This document shows positions 20,102 to 31,257 of a stretch of DNA of 64,000 nucleotides, piece by piece. The notes under the pieces were generated by a model that was not told the DNA's origin, did not search any database, and saw only the letters and a list, made by a program, of their open reading frames with translations. Source of the DNA: an uncultured cyanobacterium (lineage in GTDB: Bacteria > Cyanobacteriota > Cyanobacteriia > PCC-6307 > Cyanobiaceae); assembly GCA_963765575.1 (NCBI GenBank), contig CAVXWZ010000001.1:365784-429783 (forward strand), written 5' to 3'. The position numbers and the translations under genes were made by a program. Numbering within the stretch: the first letter of the stretch is position 1; each line of letters opens with the position of its first letter.

Positions 20102-20443
20102 ATGCTCCAGGCGGTCACGCGGGTGAAGATCTGCGGCATCCGCGGCTTGGGCGATGCTCTGCTGGCCGCCGATGGCGGAGCCGATGCGGTGGGTGTGCTG
20201 CTGGGCCAGAAGCACCCCAGCCCTGATTTCATCGCGGCGGATCAAGCCCAGAGCGACCTGGAGGATTCTGGCGAGTTGATCCGACTGGTCGAGCAGACCG
20301 CAGCCCGGGTCGTTCAGTTGCATGGCGCCGTGACGCCGGAGGGGTTGCGGGAATTGCACCGTCGCCTGCCTGGGCTCACGCTGCGCGAGGCGATTCAGGT
20401 ACTGACAGCAGAACTGCGCACCCAGCCCAGCACAAACGTCTGA
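20102..20443 (+). pseudogene. Internally deleted phosphoribosylanthranilate isomerase-like gene
   Basis: VKICGIR...GADAVG and VQLHG present, but only 113 aa. Confidence 0.6.
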
Positions 20444-20459
20444 TCCGCAAACTTCAGCG

Positions 20460-20933
20460 TCACAGGAGGGGCTGGGGGGGCAGCGGTTTGCTCAACAGGC
20501 GACGGCCGAGGTCGCCGTAGCCCTGGCGCTGGTAGAGGGCGGCGGCGCGGGGGTTGTCGGCCTCCACCTCCAGGCGCAGCACGGCGATGCCGAGGGCATG
20601 GCAGGCGGCCTCCGCCAGGGCGAGGGCCCGGGCCCCGGCCCCTTGGGAGCGGCCCTCCGGGGCGATGAACAGTTCATCGACAAAGGCGATCCGGCCCTCC
20701 ATCTCCAGGCTGAAGGAGAAGGCCAGCAGCAGATAGCCGATCGCACCTCCCTCCTGCTCAACCCACCAGAGCCGGCCCAGCGCCGGGTCGTCGAGCAGCC
20801 CCTGCAGCAGGGCCCGCTTGCGGCGTGCTTCGAAGCTGTAGCCGAAGTGGTTGTAGAACGCCTCCACCAGGGGCAGCAGCCGATCGAGATCCCCCGGCTC
20901 GACCACCCGCAGCTCGATTTCAGGGCTGTCCAT
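20460..20933 (-). CDS. GNAT N-acetyltransferase
   Basis: VDELFIAPEGRSQGAG, LEVEADNPRAAALY. Confidence 0.88.
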   Translation of the reverse strand: MDSPEIELRVVEPGDLDRLLPLVEAFYNHFGYSFEARRKRALLQGLLDDPALGRLWWVEQEGGAIGYLLLAFSFSLEMEGRIAFVDELFIAPEGRSQGAGARALALAEAACHALGIAVLRLEVEADNPRAAALYQRQGYGDLGRRLLSKPLPPQPLL

Positions 20934-20958
20934 TCAGGCGTGGGGATGGGGGCAGAAC

Positions 20959-21245
20959 CTACGGCTGCCGGGGCTTTTGGCGCAGCAGACGCAGGCCCAC
21001 CACCTCGCCTTTGAATCCCTGGTCGTAACGGCTGAGGAAGGTGTCTGAGCACCAGCCCGGGGGGATGTGGGCCAGCAGTGGTTCCACATAGGGATGCAGC
21101 TGGGCCGTTTCGCTGCGAAGGGTGTGGGCTGGATAGAGGCGAAGCTCGCCGCGGCATCGCCCGGCAGCTGCTCCGCCACGGCGCGGATGTCGGCGCGGGT
21201 GCGCACTTCCAGCTCGTCTGGGGAGAGGGCATAACTGGGATCCAC
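20959..21245 (-). CDS. Hypothetical protein (frameshifted)
   Basis: Two overlapping minus-strand ORFs join into about 95 aa; no motif recognised. Confidence 0.35.
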
Positions 21246-21467
21246 CGCGGCAGTCGAGCACCTTCAGGCCAGACAGATGCTGGGGCTCCAGGCCCTACAT
21301 CTCCAGCAGTTCCTCGCCCGTGCGGCCAAAGGAGAGCACGCGATCGAAACGCATGGGCCGGGGCCGAGCTGGAACTCCATGCTGGACGGTAGAGGGAGGG
21401 TCTTCTGCTTGCGCTGCGAGCACATGAACAACTGAACTCGCGACCTGCTCGCCCTTCAAAATGGCTG

Positions 21468-22223
21468 ATGCTGCCGACCGTTGCGACTGTGGTGATCCGC
21501 CTGTCCCGTCTGCTCCCGCTTGCCCTGGCCCTCAGCTCCGCTGGATTGGCGGCACCGGCGCTGGCCGACAGCACCGAAGCCACCTGCATCCTCAGCCGCC
21601 ACGACCACACGATCCCGGTGGAGAAGGGGGCCTGCATGTTCAGTCAGCGACAGGGCAACGTGAACGTGCGTTTCGGGGCCTGGGCCTTTTCTTTCCCCAG
21701 CGCCGAGCAGGACAGGACCTACCAGCGCAGCAACACCACCGAAGGCATCCGCTTCAACCGGGCGGGGCAGTACACCCTGCAGGTGTTCTGGGATTCCTCC
21801 CAGGCGGCGATGGCCAAGCCGCAGGGATGGGCCACCGACAACTTCTTTCTGGGCCGCTGGCAGGGTGAGAGCACGGCGGGCCGGGCGGTGATTGATGTGC
21901 TCAGCGTGGAACCCAATCGAATCCGCTGGGGCAACCAGGCCAACGGCCTCTGCGACAGCGACTACAGCGTGGAGAACCTCCCCTGGGGCCGCAACGGCCG
22001 TTATCCCGATCAGCTGGTGCCGCCCAGTCAGCCCACGGATCTGGTGTTCGGCGTGGCCCGGCTCACGCTCAGGCCCACAGCCTGCAGCACGGGGGATGCG
22101 GTGATCCAGCTGGCGATGCCGCTGGATGGCTCCAGTGCGCTGGAGGTGGTGACCTATGACGCGAAAGGCCAGGTGACCGCCCAGTACGGCAGCTTCACAC
22201 CACTTCCCTCCCCCAGGCCGTGA
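21468..22223 (+). CDS. Secreted hypothetical protein
   Basis: Signal peptide ending ...APALA; typical codon usage. Confidence 0.7.
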   Translation: MLPTVATVVIRLSRLLPLALALSSAGLAAPALADSTEATCILSRHDHTIPVEKGACMFSQRQGNVNVRFGAWAFSFPSAEQDRTYQRSNTTEGIRFNRAGQYTLQVFWDSSQAAMAKPQGWATDNFFLGRWQGESTAGRAVIDVLSVEPNRIRWGNQANGLCDSDYSVENLPWGRNGRYPDQLVPPSQPTDLVFGVARLTLRPTACSTGDAVIQLAMPLDGSSALEVVTYDAKGQVTAQYGSFTPLPSPRP

Positions 22224-22301
22224 GGAGCAACGGCTCATCACTCCCCTTCCACGCCTCCATGGAGACCGTTGACCTGTGGACACGGAACCAGGGGAACCCC
22301 A

Positions 22302-22480
22302 CGGCGGGCAGCCGTGAGCGCGGGCCCGTCGATCGCCGATTTGCTGGAGCAGACCAACCGGGAACTGGGCTGGCCAAGGTTCTGGAACGCCATGGCGTGA
22401 CCCCACCGCAGCCGCCCTTGGAGAGTTTCACGAAGAAGGACTTGATTGCTCTGGTGCGGCAGTTGTTGCGGGAGAGTTGA
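22302..22480 (+). repeat. Internally deleted duplicate of the Rho-N-like gene at 24349-24745
   Basis: 22302-22368 matches 24349-24416 and 22369-22478 matches 24634-24743; about 217 bp between the blocks is missing. Confidence 0.88.
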
Positions 22481-22564
22481 GAGAGGCCGACAGGCTTGGA
22501 AACAACATGCACATCCACAGGGATCCGGAAGTTGGTGCTGTTGTGGTTGCCCCCTTGATCCCCT

Positions 22565-23784
22565 TCACACCGCCACCGCCAGCTCCGGATAGAACGCCGC
22601 CGGGATCGGCTGCTGCAGCCGCCAGCGAATCGCCATCGGCCGCTCGCCTTCGTGGCTCAGGTAGTCGGCAAAACCAAGGCAGTGGAACGGCATGCGTGAC
22701 GCCGCCCCTTTTGTTTTCCTCGCGCACAAACAGCAGCACCTGGCTGCCCCGCTCGCGGTGGTGGATGTAGCGCTGCCCGGTGGCGGAGGCTTCCCTGGTG
22801 AGGCTCTGGCTCTCCCAGTGGAACTCCCATGGGGAGATGGCGTAGTCGTTGTAGCGGGTGGTGGGGGAGAACAGGCGCTCGGATTTCTTGAGGGTGATGA
22901 AGAAGACGTCGCACTGGGTGGCTTCATCAAAGAACACCCCCTCGCGGCCAGGGAAGGGGCGGGCCTCGTTCAACAACCCAAAGGCGGCGAACACCTCGGC
23001 GCGGGAGTAGCGGCCGTGGAGGTCAAGGGGATGGGGGGCGGTTCGGCGCGGCCAGGAACGGCCAGTCGAGCGGCGCCACCAGGTGGTCGGTGCGCTCTAG
23101 CAGCAGCTCGAACAGCTCCACCAGCTCGGCGCGGAGGTCGGCGGCGGCCCAGAGCCGGGCGAGGGCCTCGGCCAGGGGCACGTGGTGCCGGCCGCTGCCC
23201 CACAGCTGGGCCATCAGCATGCGCCAGCTGCGCTCGGTGGCAGGATCGAAACCCGCCGGATCAGGCGCCATGGGCTGCTGCAGCTGATCCGCCAGCCAGC
23301 ACAAGCGCTCGGGGTCATCCAGATGCAGCAGTCCGCCGGAGATGCCCCGCCCCAGCCGCTGCTCATCGGCGCTGGGCTCGCCCGAGGCCGCCCCCGGCCA
23401 ACCACCCCAGCTCCCGCTGCAGCAACGCCCACGACCCCGCCACCCGGTAAAACTCCCCCAGCTCCATCCCCAGCCCCTCCAACACCCCCGCCAGCGAACA
23501 GCGCCCGAGGCTGCGGCATTCGGCTACCAGCTGGGGCCGCCGGCTGGGCAGCGACTCGCGCAGGTTCGGCCAGCACCCGCTCGCTCGACACGCGATCGAG
23601 CTGCAGGCTGCAGCCGGCCGGCAGGAAGGGAAAGCCGGTTTCGATCTGCTGGCGCAGCTGGTCGCGCGTGCCGCCGAACAGGGCGCGGTAGCGGAGGTCG
23701 AAGCGGAAGCTGCGGTGGGCCTGGCCGATGAAATCCAGCACCGTGAGGCAGCTTTTTCTCCGGGCAGAGACGCAGCCCGCGGCC
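22565..23784 (-). pseudogene. 3' remnant of a DUF3427-containing SF2 helicase gene
   Basis: Begins at helicase motif VI (GRGLR...CLTVLDFIG) and ends with the DUF3427 segment FFITLKKSERLFSPTTRYNDYAIS...FHWESQS; N-terminal part missing; several frameshifts. Confidence 0.85.
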
Positions 23785-23901
23785 ACACGTTCCAATCCCC
23801 TGGGCTTCTGCAGCAAGGGTGGAGTAGCTGTTTCACCCTGGGTAGAAATCAAGGCGAAATCGCCCAGAATCCGCAATCCTGTAGCCAGCTGTCCGTTTCC
23901 G

Positions 23902-24364
23902 ATGCCTCTCCGTTCGGCCACCGAATTCCCGATCACGCCAGATCCAGAGGCTCTGGAGAGCACCTACCAGGACTGCCGCGCGGCCCTGGTCTCGGCCAAC
24001 CGCTCCCGGGGGATCCTCAAGGCCCAGAGCGACCGACGTGGGGTGGTCATCACCGAGCTGCAGCGGGAATTAGTTGAGCTGGAGGCGGATCTGGCCGATG
24101 AGGCCCGGGCCAAGGCGCGGCTCCATGCCCTCAACGCCAAGCTCGGCAGCGTGATCCGCGAACTGGAGGAAACGGGCGATGCGATGGTTGGTCTGATCGA
24201 CGAGAGCGAGCGGCAAAGCGGCTTCTGGCTCGTGGAGATGTTCCGCCGCTTGATTGAGCAGGCGACGCGCTGGCGCACGGTGAAAGCAAAGGCTGCTGCG
24301 TTGGCCGCCGAAGCAGCCGAGGAGAGCTCAGATCTCCTCGAACCAGCTCGGCGGGCAGCCATGA
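23902..24364 (+). CDS. Coiled-coil hypothetical protein
   Basis: MPLRSATEF...heptad-rich; likely stop (ATGA) overlaps the next gene after one indel. Confidence 0.65.
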
Positions 24365-24745
24365 GCGCGGGTCCCGTCGATCGCCGATCTGCTGGAGCAG
24401 ACCAACCGGGAACTGGCGGGCACCGATGCCCGGGTGTACCGCCGGATGGCAGACCATCTGCAGCGCTCCAATGCTGCACTCCAGACCCTCCAAGATCCCC
24501 ATCCAGAAGGAACAACTCAAGCCCCCATAGCCCTGCTGGGGAAGGGGAGCTTCCTGAAGCAATCTGTGGCCAGCCTCAAACGGCTGTGCAAGGAGCATGG
24601 GATCAAGGGCTACTCCAAGCTCCAGAAGGTTGCACTTGCCAAGGTTCTTGAACGCCATGGTGTGACCCCACCGCCGCCACCGTTGGAGAGTTTCACGAAA
24701 AAAGAGTTGATTGCTCTGGTGCGGCAGTTATTGGGGGAGCGCTGA
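24361..24745 (+). CDS. Rho-N/HeH-like nucleic-acid-binding protein (one indel near start)
   Basis: SVASLKRLCKEHGIKGYSKLQKVALAKVL and FTKKELIALVRQLL; the copy at 22314 shows the frame (VSAGPSIADLLEQTNREL). Confidence 0.7.
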
Positions 24746-24748
24746 GAG

Positions 24749-26558
24749 ATGGCCACGCAGCGCTACTCGGTGACCCCCCATCCGATCGACACCCTGCTGA
24801 CGTGGGTGAAGAGCGGCGAGATCGCCATTCCTGAGATCCAGCGGCCTTTCGTGTGGGAGGCCACAAAGGTGCGGAATCTGCTGGATTCCCTCTACCAGGG
24901 GTTTCCGGTGGGCTACCTCATCGCCTGGCGAAACCCCACAGTGAAGCTCAAGGACGGCACCACTTCTGCGGGGAAGCGCATCCTGATCGACGGACAGCAG
25001 AGGGTGACGGCCCTGATGGCGTCGCTCCTGGGAATGGAGGTTCTGACGAAGGACTACGCGAGTGTTCGCATCCGCATTGCCTTCAATCCATTGGCAGGCG
25101 AAGACGAGCCGAGCTTTGAGGTGAGCAATCCTGCCATCGCCAAGAATCCGCTTTGGATCGCGGATGTCTCAAAGCTCTTCCAGACAGATGCGGATCTGTT
25201 TGAGCAGACCGATGCCTATGTTGCACGCAATCCTGAGATCGATCGGAATCGAGTTGGCAAATCGCTCCAGAGACTCCTGAAGATCGTGAACAACTCTGTT
25301 GGCTTGATCGAGCTGGCTGAGGATCTTGACATTGAGACCGTTACCGAGATTTTTATTCGCGTCAACTCGGCTGGGGCCGAGCTCTCCCAGGCCGACTTTG
25401 CCATGTCAAAGATCGCCGTTAACGAGACCTATGGCGGCAACACACTCCGCAAGGCCATCGAATACTTCTGTCACCTAGCGATCTCGCCAGACTTCTTCTC
25501 CCAGATCGAGAAGAACGATCCGGAGTTCGCCAGATCAGAATTTCTGACCAAGATGGCTTGGCTTAAGGACGTCAATGACGATCTCTACGACCCCACCTAC
25601 ACCGATATGCTGCGGGTGGCCTTCACCTCTGAATTCGGGAGAGGCAAGCTGCAGGATCTCGTGGCCCTGCTTTCAGGCAGGAACTTTGCCAGTAAGCAAT
25701 ACGAGGAGAGCATCGCAGAAGAATCCTTTGCCAAGCTGAAGCAGGGTGTTCTGGCGTTCATGAACAAGACCCATTTCGATCGGATCACGATGATCTTGAG
25801 ATCGGCGGGGTTCGTGACCAGCGACCTGATCCGCAGCCGCAATGCCATCAACTTTGCGTATATCCTCTATCTCAGGGGCAGGCGAGATCATTTGGCGGCG
25901 GATGATATCGAGCGGCTGGTTCGGCGATGGTTTGCCATGTCGATCCTCACCGGACGCTATTCCGGCAGCCCAGAGACAGCCTTCGATCTCGATATCCGTC
26001 AGATTGATTCCCAGGGTCTGCAGGCCTATGCCGAAGCGGTGATCGAGAACGAGCTGCCCTCCACCTTCTGGTCTGGGATGCTGCCCCAGCTGATGGATAC
26101 ATCGTCTTCGACGAGCCCCTACTTCATCGCTTATCAGGCAGCCCAGGCGCGGCTTGGGGATCGTGGCTTTCTTTCGGCGGGTATCACGGTGCGCGATCTT
26201 CTGCTGAATCGCGGCGACAAGCACCATGTGTTCCCACGTAAGCATCTACAGCGGGGAGGAGCATCCAGGAGTCGATACAACCAGATCGCCAACTTCGTGA
26301 TGGCGCAGAGCGAGATCAACATCGCGATTGGCGACAAGGCCCCCGAGGTCTACTTCGCTGAACTGCGCGAGCAGGTGAATGGTGGCTCCAAGCGTTACGG
26401 CGGCATCACCGATACAGCGGAGCTGAGGGCCAATCTGGTGATGAATTGCGTGCCGGTGGCTCTGCTTGGACGGTGAGCCCATGGAGTACGACACCTTCTT
26501 GGTGGAGCGGCGGCGACTGATGGCGGACAAGATCCGCCAGTGGGTTGAGGTGCTGTGA
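24749..26558 (+). CDS. DUF262 (GmrSD-like) protein
   Basis: [28 protein letters not shown] and C-terminal HHVFPR...NFV; frameshift near 26470. Confidence 0.88.
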
Positions 26559-29500
26559 CCACAAATTTCGCCCAGCTGCGCCCTTACGACGAGCAGCTTT
26601 TCCGGCTGGGTGTGCTGGCCGAGCGCTATTTCCCCGAGGATCCCAATACAGCGCTCATCAAACTGCGCCAGCTCGGCGAGCGGTTGGCCCAGCAGGTGGC
26701 GTCCCGGTTTGGGGTGTTCACCAGCCTTGAAGAATCACAGCTGGCCCTGATCCGCCGGCTGGAGCTGGAGGGACTGATCGAGCGGGAGGTGGCCGGCCTC
26801 TTCCACGATCTGCGCAAGACCGGCAATGCGGCCACCCATGGGCTCCAGGGCGACCATGCCAGTGCCTTGAGCACCTTGAAGATTGCCTGGCAGCTGGGGG
26901 TGTGGTTCCACCGCACGTTTGGTGATCCGGAGTTCCGCAGCGGTCCCTTTCGGCCTCCCCAGCCGCCCGTTGATGAGAGCGAGGAACTGAGCCAGGAGCT
27001 GGCACGTCTGCAGAGTGCGCTCGACGCCTTTCGGGCGAACGAGACGGCGATGGCCGAGCAGCTCAGTGCCGCTGAAGCCCAGCTGCAGCAGGCCCTGGGC
27101 GAGCAGCAGCAATGGGAACAACTGGCCGAGCAGGTGGAGGCCGACAAGGCAGCCCTCGCTGCCCAGCTGCAGGAGCTGCAGAGCGCTGCCGCCCAGCAAC
27201 CAGCAGCCGTGACTTCAGGCCTGCGGCAGGCAGCGCGCACGGCCGCCGCCGCGATCGAGCTGGATGAGGCCGCCACCCGCCAGCTGATTGATGAGCAGCT
27301 GCGGGCAGCCGGGTGGGAGGCGGATACCCAAGCGCTGCGGTACGGAGCGGGGGCTCGGCCGCAGAAGAACCGCAATCTCGCCATTGCCGAGTGGCCCACC
27401 CGCAGCGGCCCGGCCGACTACGTGCTGTTTGTGGGGCTCACGGCCATCGCGGCGGTGGAGGCCAAACGGGCCAACAAGGATGTGGCGGGCGTGCTGCCCC
27501 AGGCCCAGCGCTACTGCCGCGATTTCCAGCCCAGCAGCGACACTGGAGGAGCCCAGCCAACCGTGGGGCCCTGATGGGGAGTACCGCATCCCCTTCGCCT
27601 TCTCCAGCAACGGCCGGCCGTTTCTGCAGCAGCTGCGCACCAAAAGCGGGATCTGGTTTCGGGATCTACGCCGCAGCGAGCAACCTGGCCGTTCCCCTCG
27701 ACGGCTGGTATTCCCCGGAAGGGCTGAGGGAGCTCGCCCGGCAGGACGTGGCCGGCGCCGATGCGCAGCTGCGCCGGGAGGCCTTCAGCTACGGCTTTCC
27801 GCTGCGCCCCTACCAGCGGCGGGCGATCGAGGCCACCGAAGCGGCGATCGCCGCAGGCCAGCGGGAGCTGCTGCTGGCGATGGCCACCGGCACCGGCAAA
27901 ACCAAAACCTGCATCGCCCTGATCTACCGGCTGCTCAAGACGGGGCGCTTCCGGCGGGTGCTGTTTCTGGTGGATCGCTCGGAACTGGGCACCCAGGCCG
28001 CCGATGCCTTCAAGGAAACGCGGATGGAGAGCCTGCAGAGCTTCGCCGACATCTACGGCATCAAGGAACTGGGCGAGCGCGAGGCCGAATCCGACACCAA
28101 GGTGCACATCGCCACCGTGCAGGCGATGGTGCAGCGGCTGCTGCTCGGCAGCGAGGAAGACAAGCCCACGGTGGACACCTACGACCTGATCGTGGTGGAC
28201 GAATGCCACCGGGGCTACCTGCTGGATCGGGAGCTCAGCGATCGGGAACTGCGCTTCCGGGATTTCAACGACTATGTGTCGAAGTACCGGCGGGTGCTGG
28301 AGCGGTTTGATGCCGTGAAGATCGGCCTCACGGCCACGCCGGCCCTGCACACGGTGGAGATCTTCGGGCAGCCGGTGTTTGTGTACAGCTACCGCGAGGC
28401 GGTGGTGGATGGCTACCTGGTGGATCACGAACCACCGATCCTGATCTCCACGGAGCTCTCCAGCGAAGGCATCCGCTGGGCCGCAGGAGAGGAGGTGAAA
28501 ACCTACGACCCCGGCACGGCCCAGATCGAGCTGTTCACCACGCCCGATGAGCTGCGCTTCGAGGTGGAGGCGTTCAACCGCCAGGTGATCACCGAACCCT
28601 TCAACCGGGTGGTGTGTGAGGTGCTGGCGAAGGAGCTGGATCCACTCTCGCCGCACAAAACCCTGATCTTCTGCGCCACCGATGCCCACGCCGATCTGGT
28701 GGTGCTGCTGCTCAAGGAAGCGTTTCGGGAGCATTACGGCGAGGTGGCCGATGACGCGGTGGCCAAGATCACCGGCGCCAGCGACAGGCCGAAGGAGCTG
28801 ATCCGCCGCTACAAGAACGAAGCCTTCCCCAATGTGGCCGTCACGGTGGATCTGCTGAGCACCGGGGTGGATGTGCCGGCCATCGGCAACATCGTGTTCC
28901 TGCGGCGCATGAACAGCCGCATCCTGTATGACCAGATGATCGGCCGTGCCACCCGCCTGTGCGAAGCGATCGGCAAGGACAGCTTCCGCATCTTTGATGC
29001 CGTGGGCATCTACCAGGCCCTGCAGAACTTCACCCAGATGCAGCCGGTGGTGGCGAACCCGAAGATCAGCTTCAGCCAGCTGCTCGGTGAACTGGAGAGC
29101 ACCGGCGAGGAGGAGAGTGAGCTGGTGCGCGAGCAGCTGATCGCCAAGCTGCGCCGCAAGCAACGGCACCTGAGCGAGAACGCCGAAGCGCGGTTCCGGC
29201 TGCTCACCGGCGATGAACCTGCCGCCTTCATCAGCCGCCTGCAGCAGCTGCCGATCGCCGAGGCGCGCCGCTGGCTGGGCACGATCAACGGCCTGGGCGA
29301 GCTGCTCGATGAGCAATGGCAGGGGCCTGCCCAGCCCCAGTTCGTGTCGGAGCACGACGACGAGCTGCGCGCCATCGAGCGGGGCTATGGCGACGCCACC
29401 CGCCCGGAGGACTACCTGGAGGGCTTCACCGCCTTCGTGCGCGATCCCGGCAACGATCTACCGGCCCTCACCACGGTGCTGCAACGGCCGTGGGAGCTCA

Positions 29501-29913
29501 GCCGCAAGGATCTGCGGGAGCTGAAGCTGGCCCTCGATCAGCGCGGCTACAGCGAAGCCACCCTGGCCACCGCCTGGCGGGAAACCACCAACCAGGACAT
29601 GGCCGCCTCGATCATGGGCTACATCCGCCAGGCGGCCCTGGGTGATCCGCTGGTGCCCTATGAGCAGCGGGTGGAGCGGGCCCTGCAGCGGATCCTGGCC
29701 TCGCGGGCCTGGACCACGCCCCAGCGCCAATGGCTGCAGCGCATCGCCAACCAGACCAAAGCGATCACGATCGTGGACCGTGAAGCCCTCGACGACGACG
29801 CCCTGCTGTTCCGCCGCGAGGGGGGCGGCTGGCCACGGCTGAACAAGCTCTTCGGCGGCGAGCTGGAGACGGTGCTGCACCGCTTCCAGGAAGCGGTGTG
29901 GGAGGCGGCTTGA
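26555..29913 (+). CDS. hsdR: Type I restriction endonuclease subunit R (EcoKI-like; frameshifts about 27530-27690)
   Basis: ADYVLF..VEAKR nuclease motif, MATGTGKT, DECHRG, GLTATP, QMIGRATR. Confidence 0.95.
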
Positions 29914-29983
29914 CCCGCTGTACCACGGCTTCATCAAAGCCCACGTGCCGCATGGGCACGCCAAACGGTGGTATCATCAACGG

Positions 29984-30262
29984 GTGATCAGGTCGTTTCG
30001 TTGCCGAGACACCCTTGCGCTCTTCGAGGGTCGGCCGGTGAGGCGCTTCGGCAGCATCGCCCGCGTGGCTTGCCGCAAGCTGGCCATCCTCGATGCCGCC
30101 GGCTGCCTCAACGATCTGATGATTCCGCCAGGCAACCGCCTGGAGCCGCTCCGCGGAGACCGCCATGGCCAGCACAGCATCCGCATCAACGATCAGTTCC
30201 GGCTCTGCTTCGTCTGGACGGAAGCCGGCCCAGAGGAGGTTGAAATCGTTGACTACCACTGA
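29984..30262 (+). CDS. higB: HigB/RelE toxin
   Basis: PPGNRLEPLRGDRHGQHSIRINDQFRLCFVW...IVDYH. Confidence 0.93.
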   Translation: MIRSFRCRDTLALFEGRPVRRFGSIARVACRKLAILDAAGCLNDLMIPPGNRLEPLRGDRHGQHSIRINDQFRLCFVWTEAGPEEVEIVDYH

Positions 30263-30548
30263 ATTGATGCTGGTGCCCCCGGGTGAGGTGCTGCTGGAGG
30301 AGTTCCTGCGGCCGATGGGAGTCAGCCAGTACCGGCTGGCCCTGGCCATCGGCGTGCCGGAGAGCCGCATCAACGCGATCGTGAAGGGGCGGCGGGCGAT
30401 CACCGCCGACACCGATCTGCGCCTTTGCCGGTTTTTTGGCCTCAGCGAGGGCTTCTGGCTGCGGATGCAGGCCAGCCATGACCTGAAGCTGGCCAAGCAG
30501 GCACTGGCCAGTGTTCTGCCAGCGATCGAGCCGTTGCAGCACGCCTGA
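30249..30548 (+). CDS. higA: HigA antitoxin (HTH)
   Basis: PGEVLLEEFL..SQYRLA..ITADTDLRLCRFFG..FWLRMQ. Confidence 0.93.
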   Translation: MTTTELMLVPPGEVLLEEFLRPMGVSQYRLALAIGVPESRINAIVKGRRAITADTDLRLCRFFGLSEGFWLRMQASHDLKLAKQALASVLPAIEPLQHA

Positions 30549-30586
30549 TCTAGTCTTGGTATCGACCGTCTTGGAAGGCCAGAGCG

Positions 30587-30847
30587 ATGCGCGCCAAGCT
30601 CTTCCGCAACGGCCGCAGCCAGGCGGTGCGCCTGCCGGCTGCCTTTCGCTTCGAGGGAACGGAAGTGGAGATCGAGCGCGACCCGGAAACCGGCGCCGTG
30701 GTGCTGACGCCGGTGCGGCCATCGGCCCGTGCCTTGCTGGAGCTCAGGGATGCGTTGCTGCAGGAGCCTGGCTTCCGGGCCGAACTGGATGCGTTGTTCG
30801 AGGGGTTGCACGACACCCGTCCTGCCGAACCGGTGGACTTCCCCTGA
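30587..30847 (+). CDS. vapB: VapB antitoxin (AbrB fold)
   Basis: AKLFRNGRSQAVRLP. Confidence 0.92.
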   Translation: MRAKLFRNGRSQAVRLPAAFRFEGTEVEIERDPETGAVVLTPVRPSARALLELRDALLQEPGFRAELDALFEGLHDTRPAEPVDFP

Positions 30848-31257
30848 TGGCTGCGGGGAACGAGAGGTTGATGCTGGACACCAACGCCATGAGCGCCTTT
30901 CTCAAACGACGCTCGCCACGACTGGATGCCTGGGTGCGTGAGCAACGTTGTTGCCTGTCCGCCATTGTGGTGGCCGAGATCCGCTACGGGCTGGAGAAGC
31001 TGCCGCCCACTTCGCGGATGCAGACGCGGTTACAAGAGCTGGCGGAGGCCACCCTCGAGACCCTGGAGATCCTGCCCTGGTCGGAAGCGTGCACGAGGAT
31101 CTACGGCCGGCTGCGCGCCGATCTCGAACGCCATGGCAAGCCTCTGGCGGTGATGGATCTGCTGATCGCCAGCCATGCCCTCAGCGAAGGCTGCGCCCTG
31201 GTGACGGCCGATCAGGCCTTCGCCAACGTGGCCGAACTCCACCTGGAGGCCTGGTGA
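30847..31257 (+). CDS. vapC: VapC PIN toxin
   Basis: MLDTNAMS, EIRYG, DLLIASHA, LVTAD; TGATG coupling at both ends. Confidence 0.92.
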   Translation: MAAGNERLMLDTNAMSAFLKRRSPRLDAWVREQRCCLSAIVVAEIRYGLEKLPPTSRMQTRLQELAEATLETLEILPWSEACTRIYGRLRADLERHGKPLAVMDLLIASHALSEGCALVTADQAFANVAELHLEAW

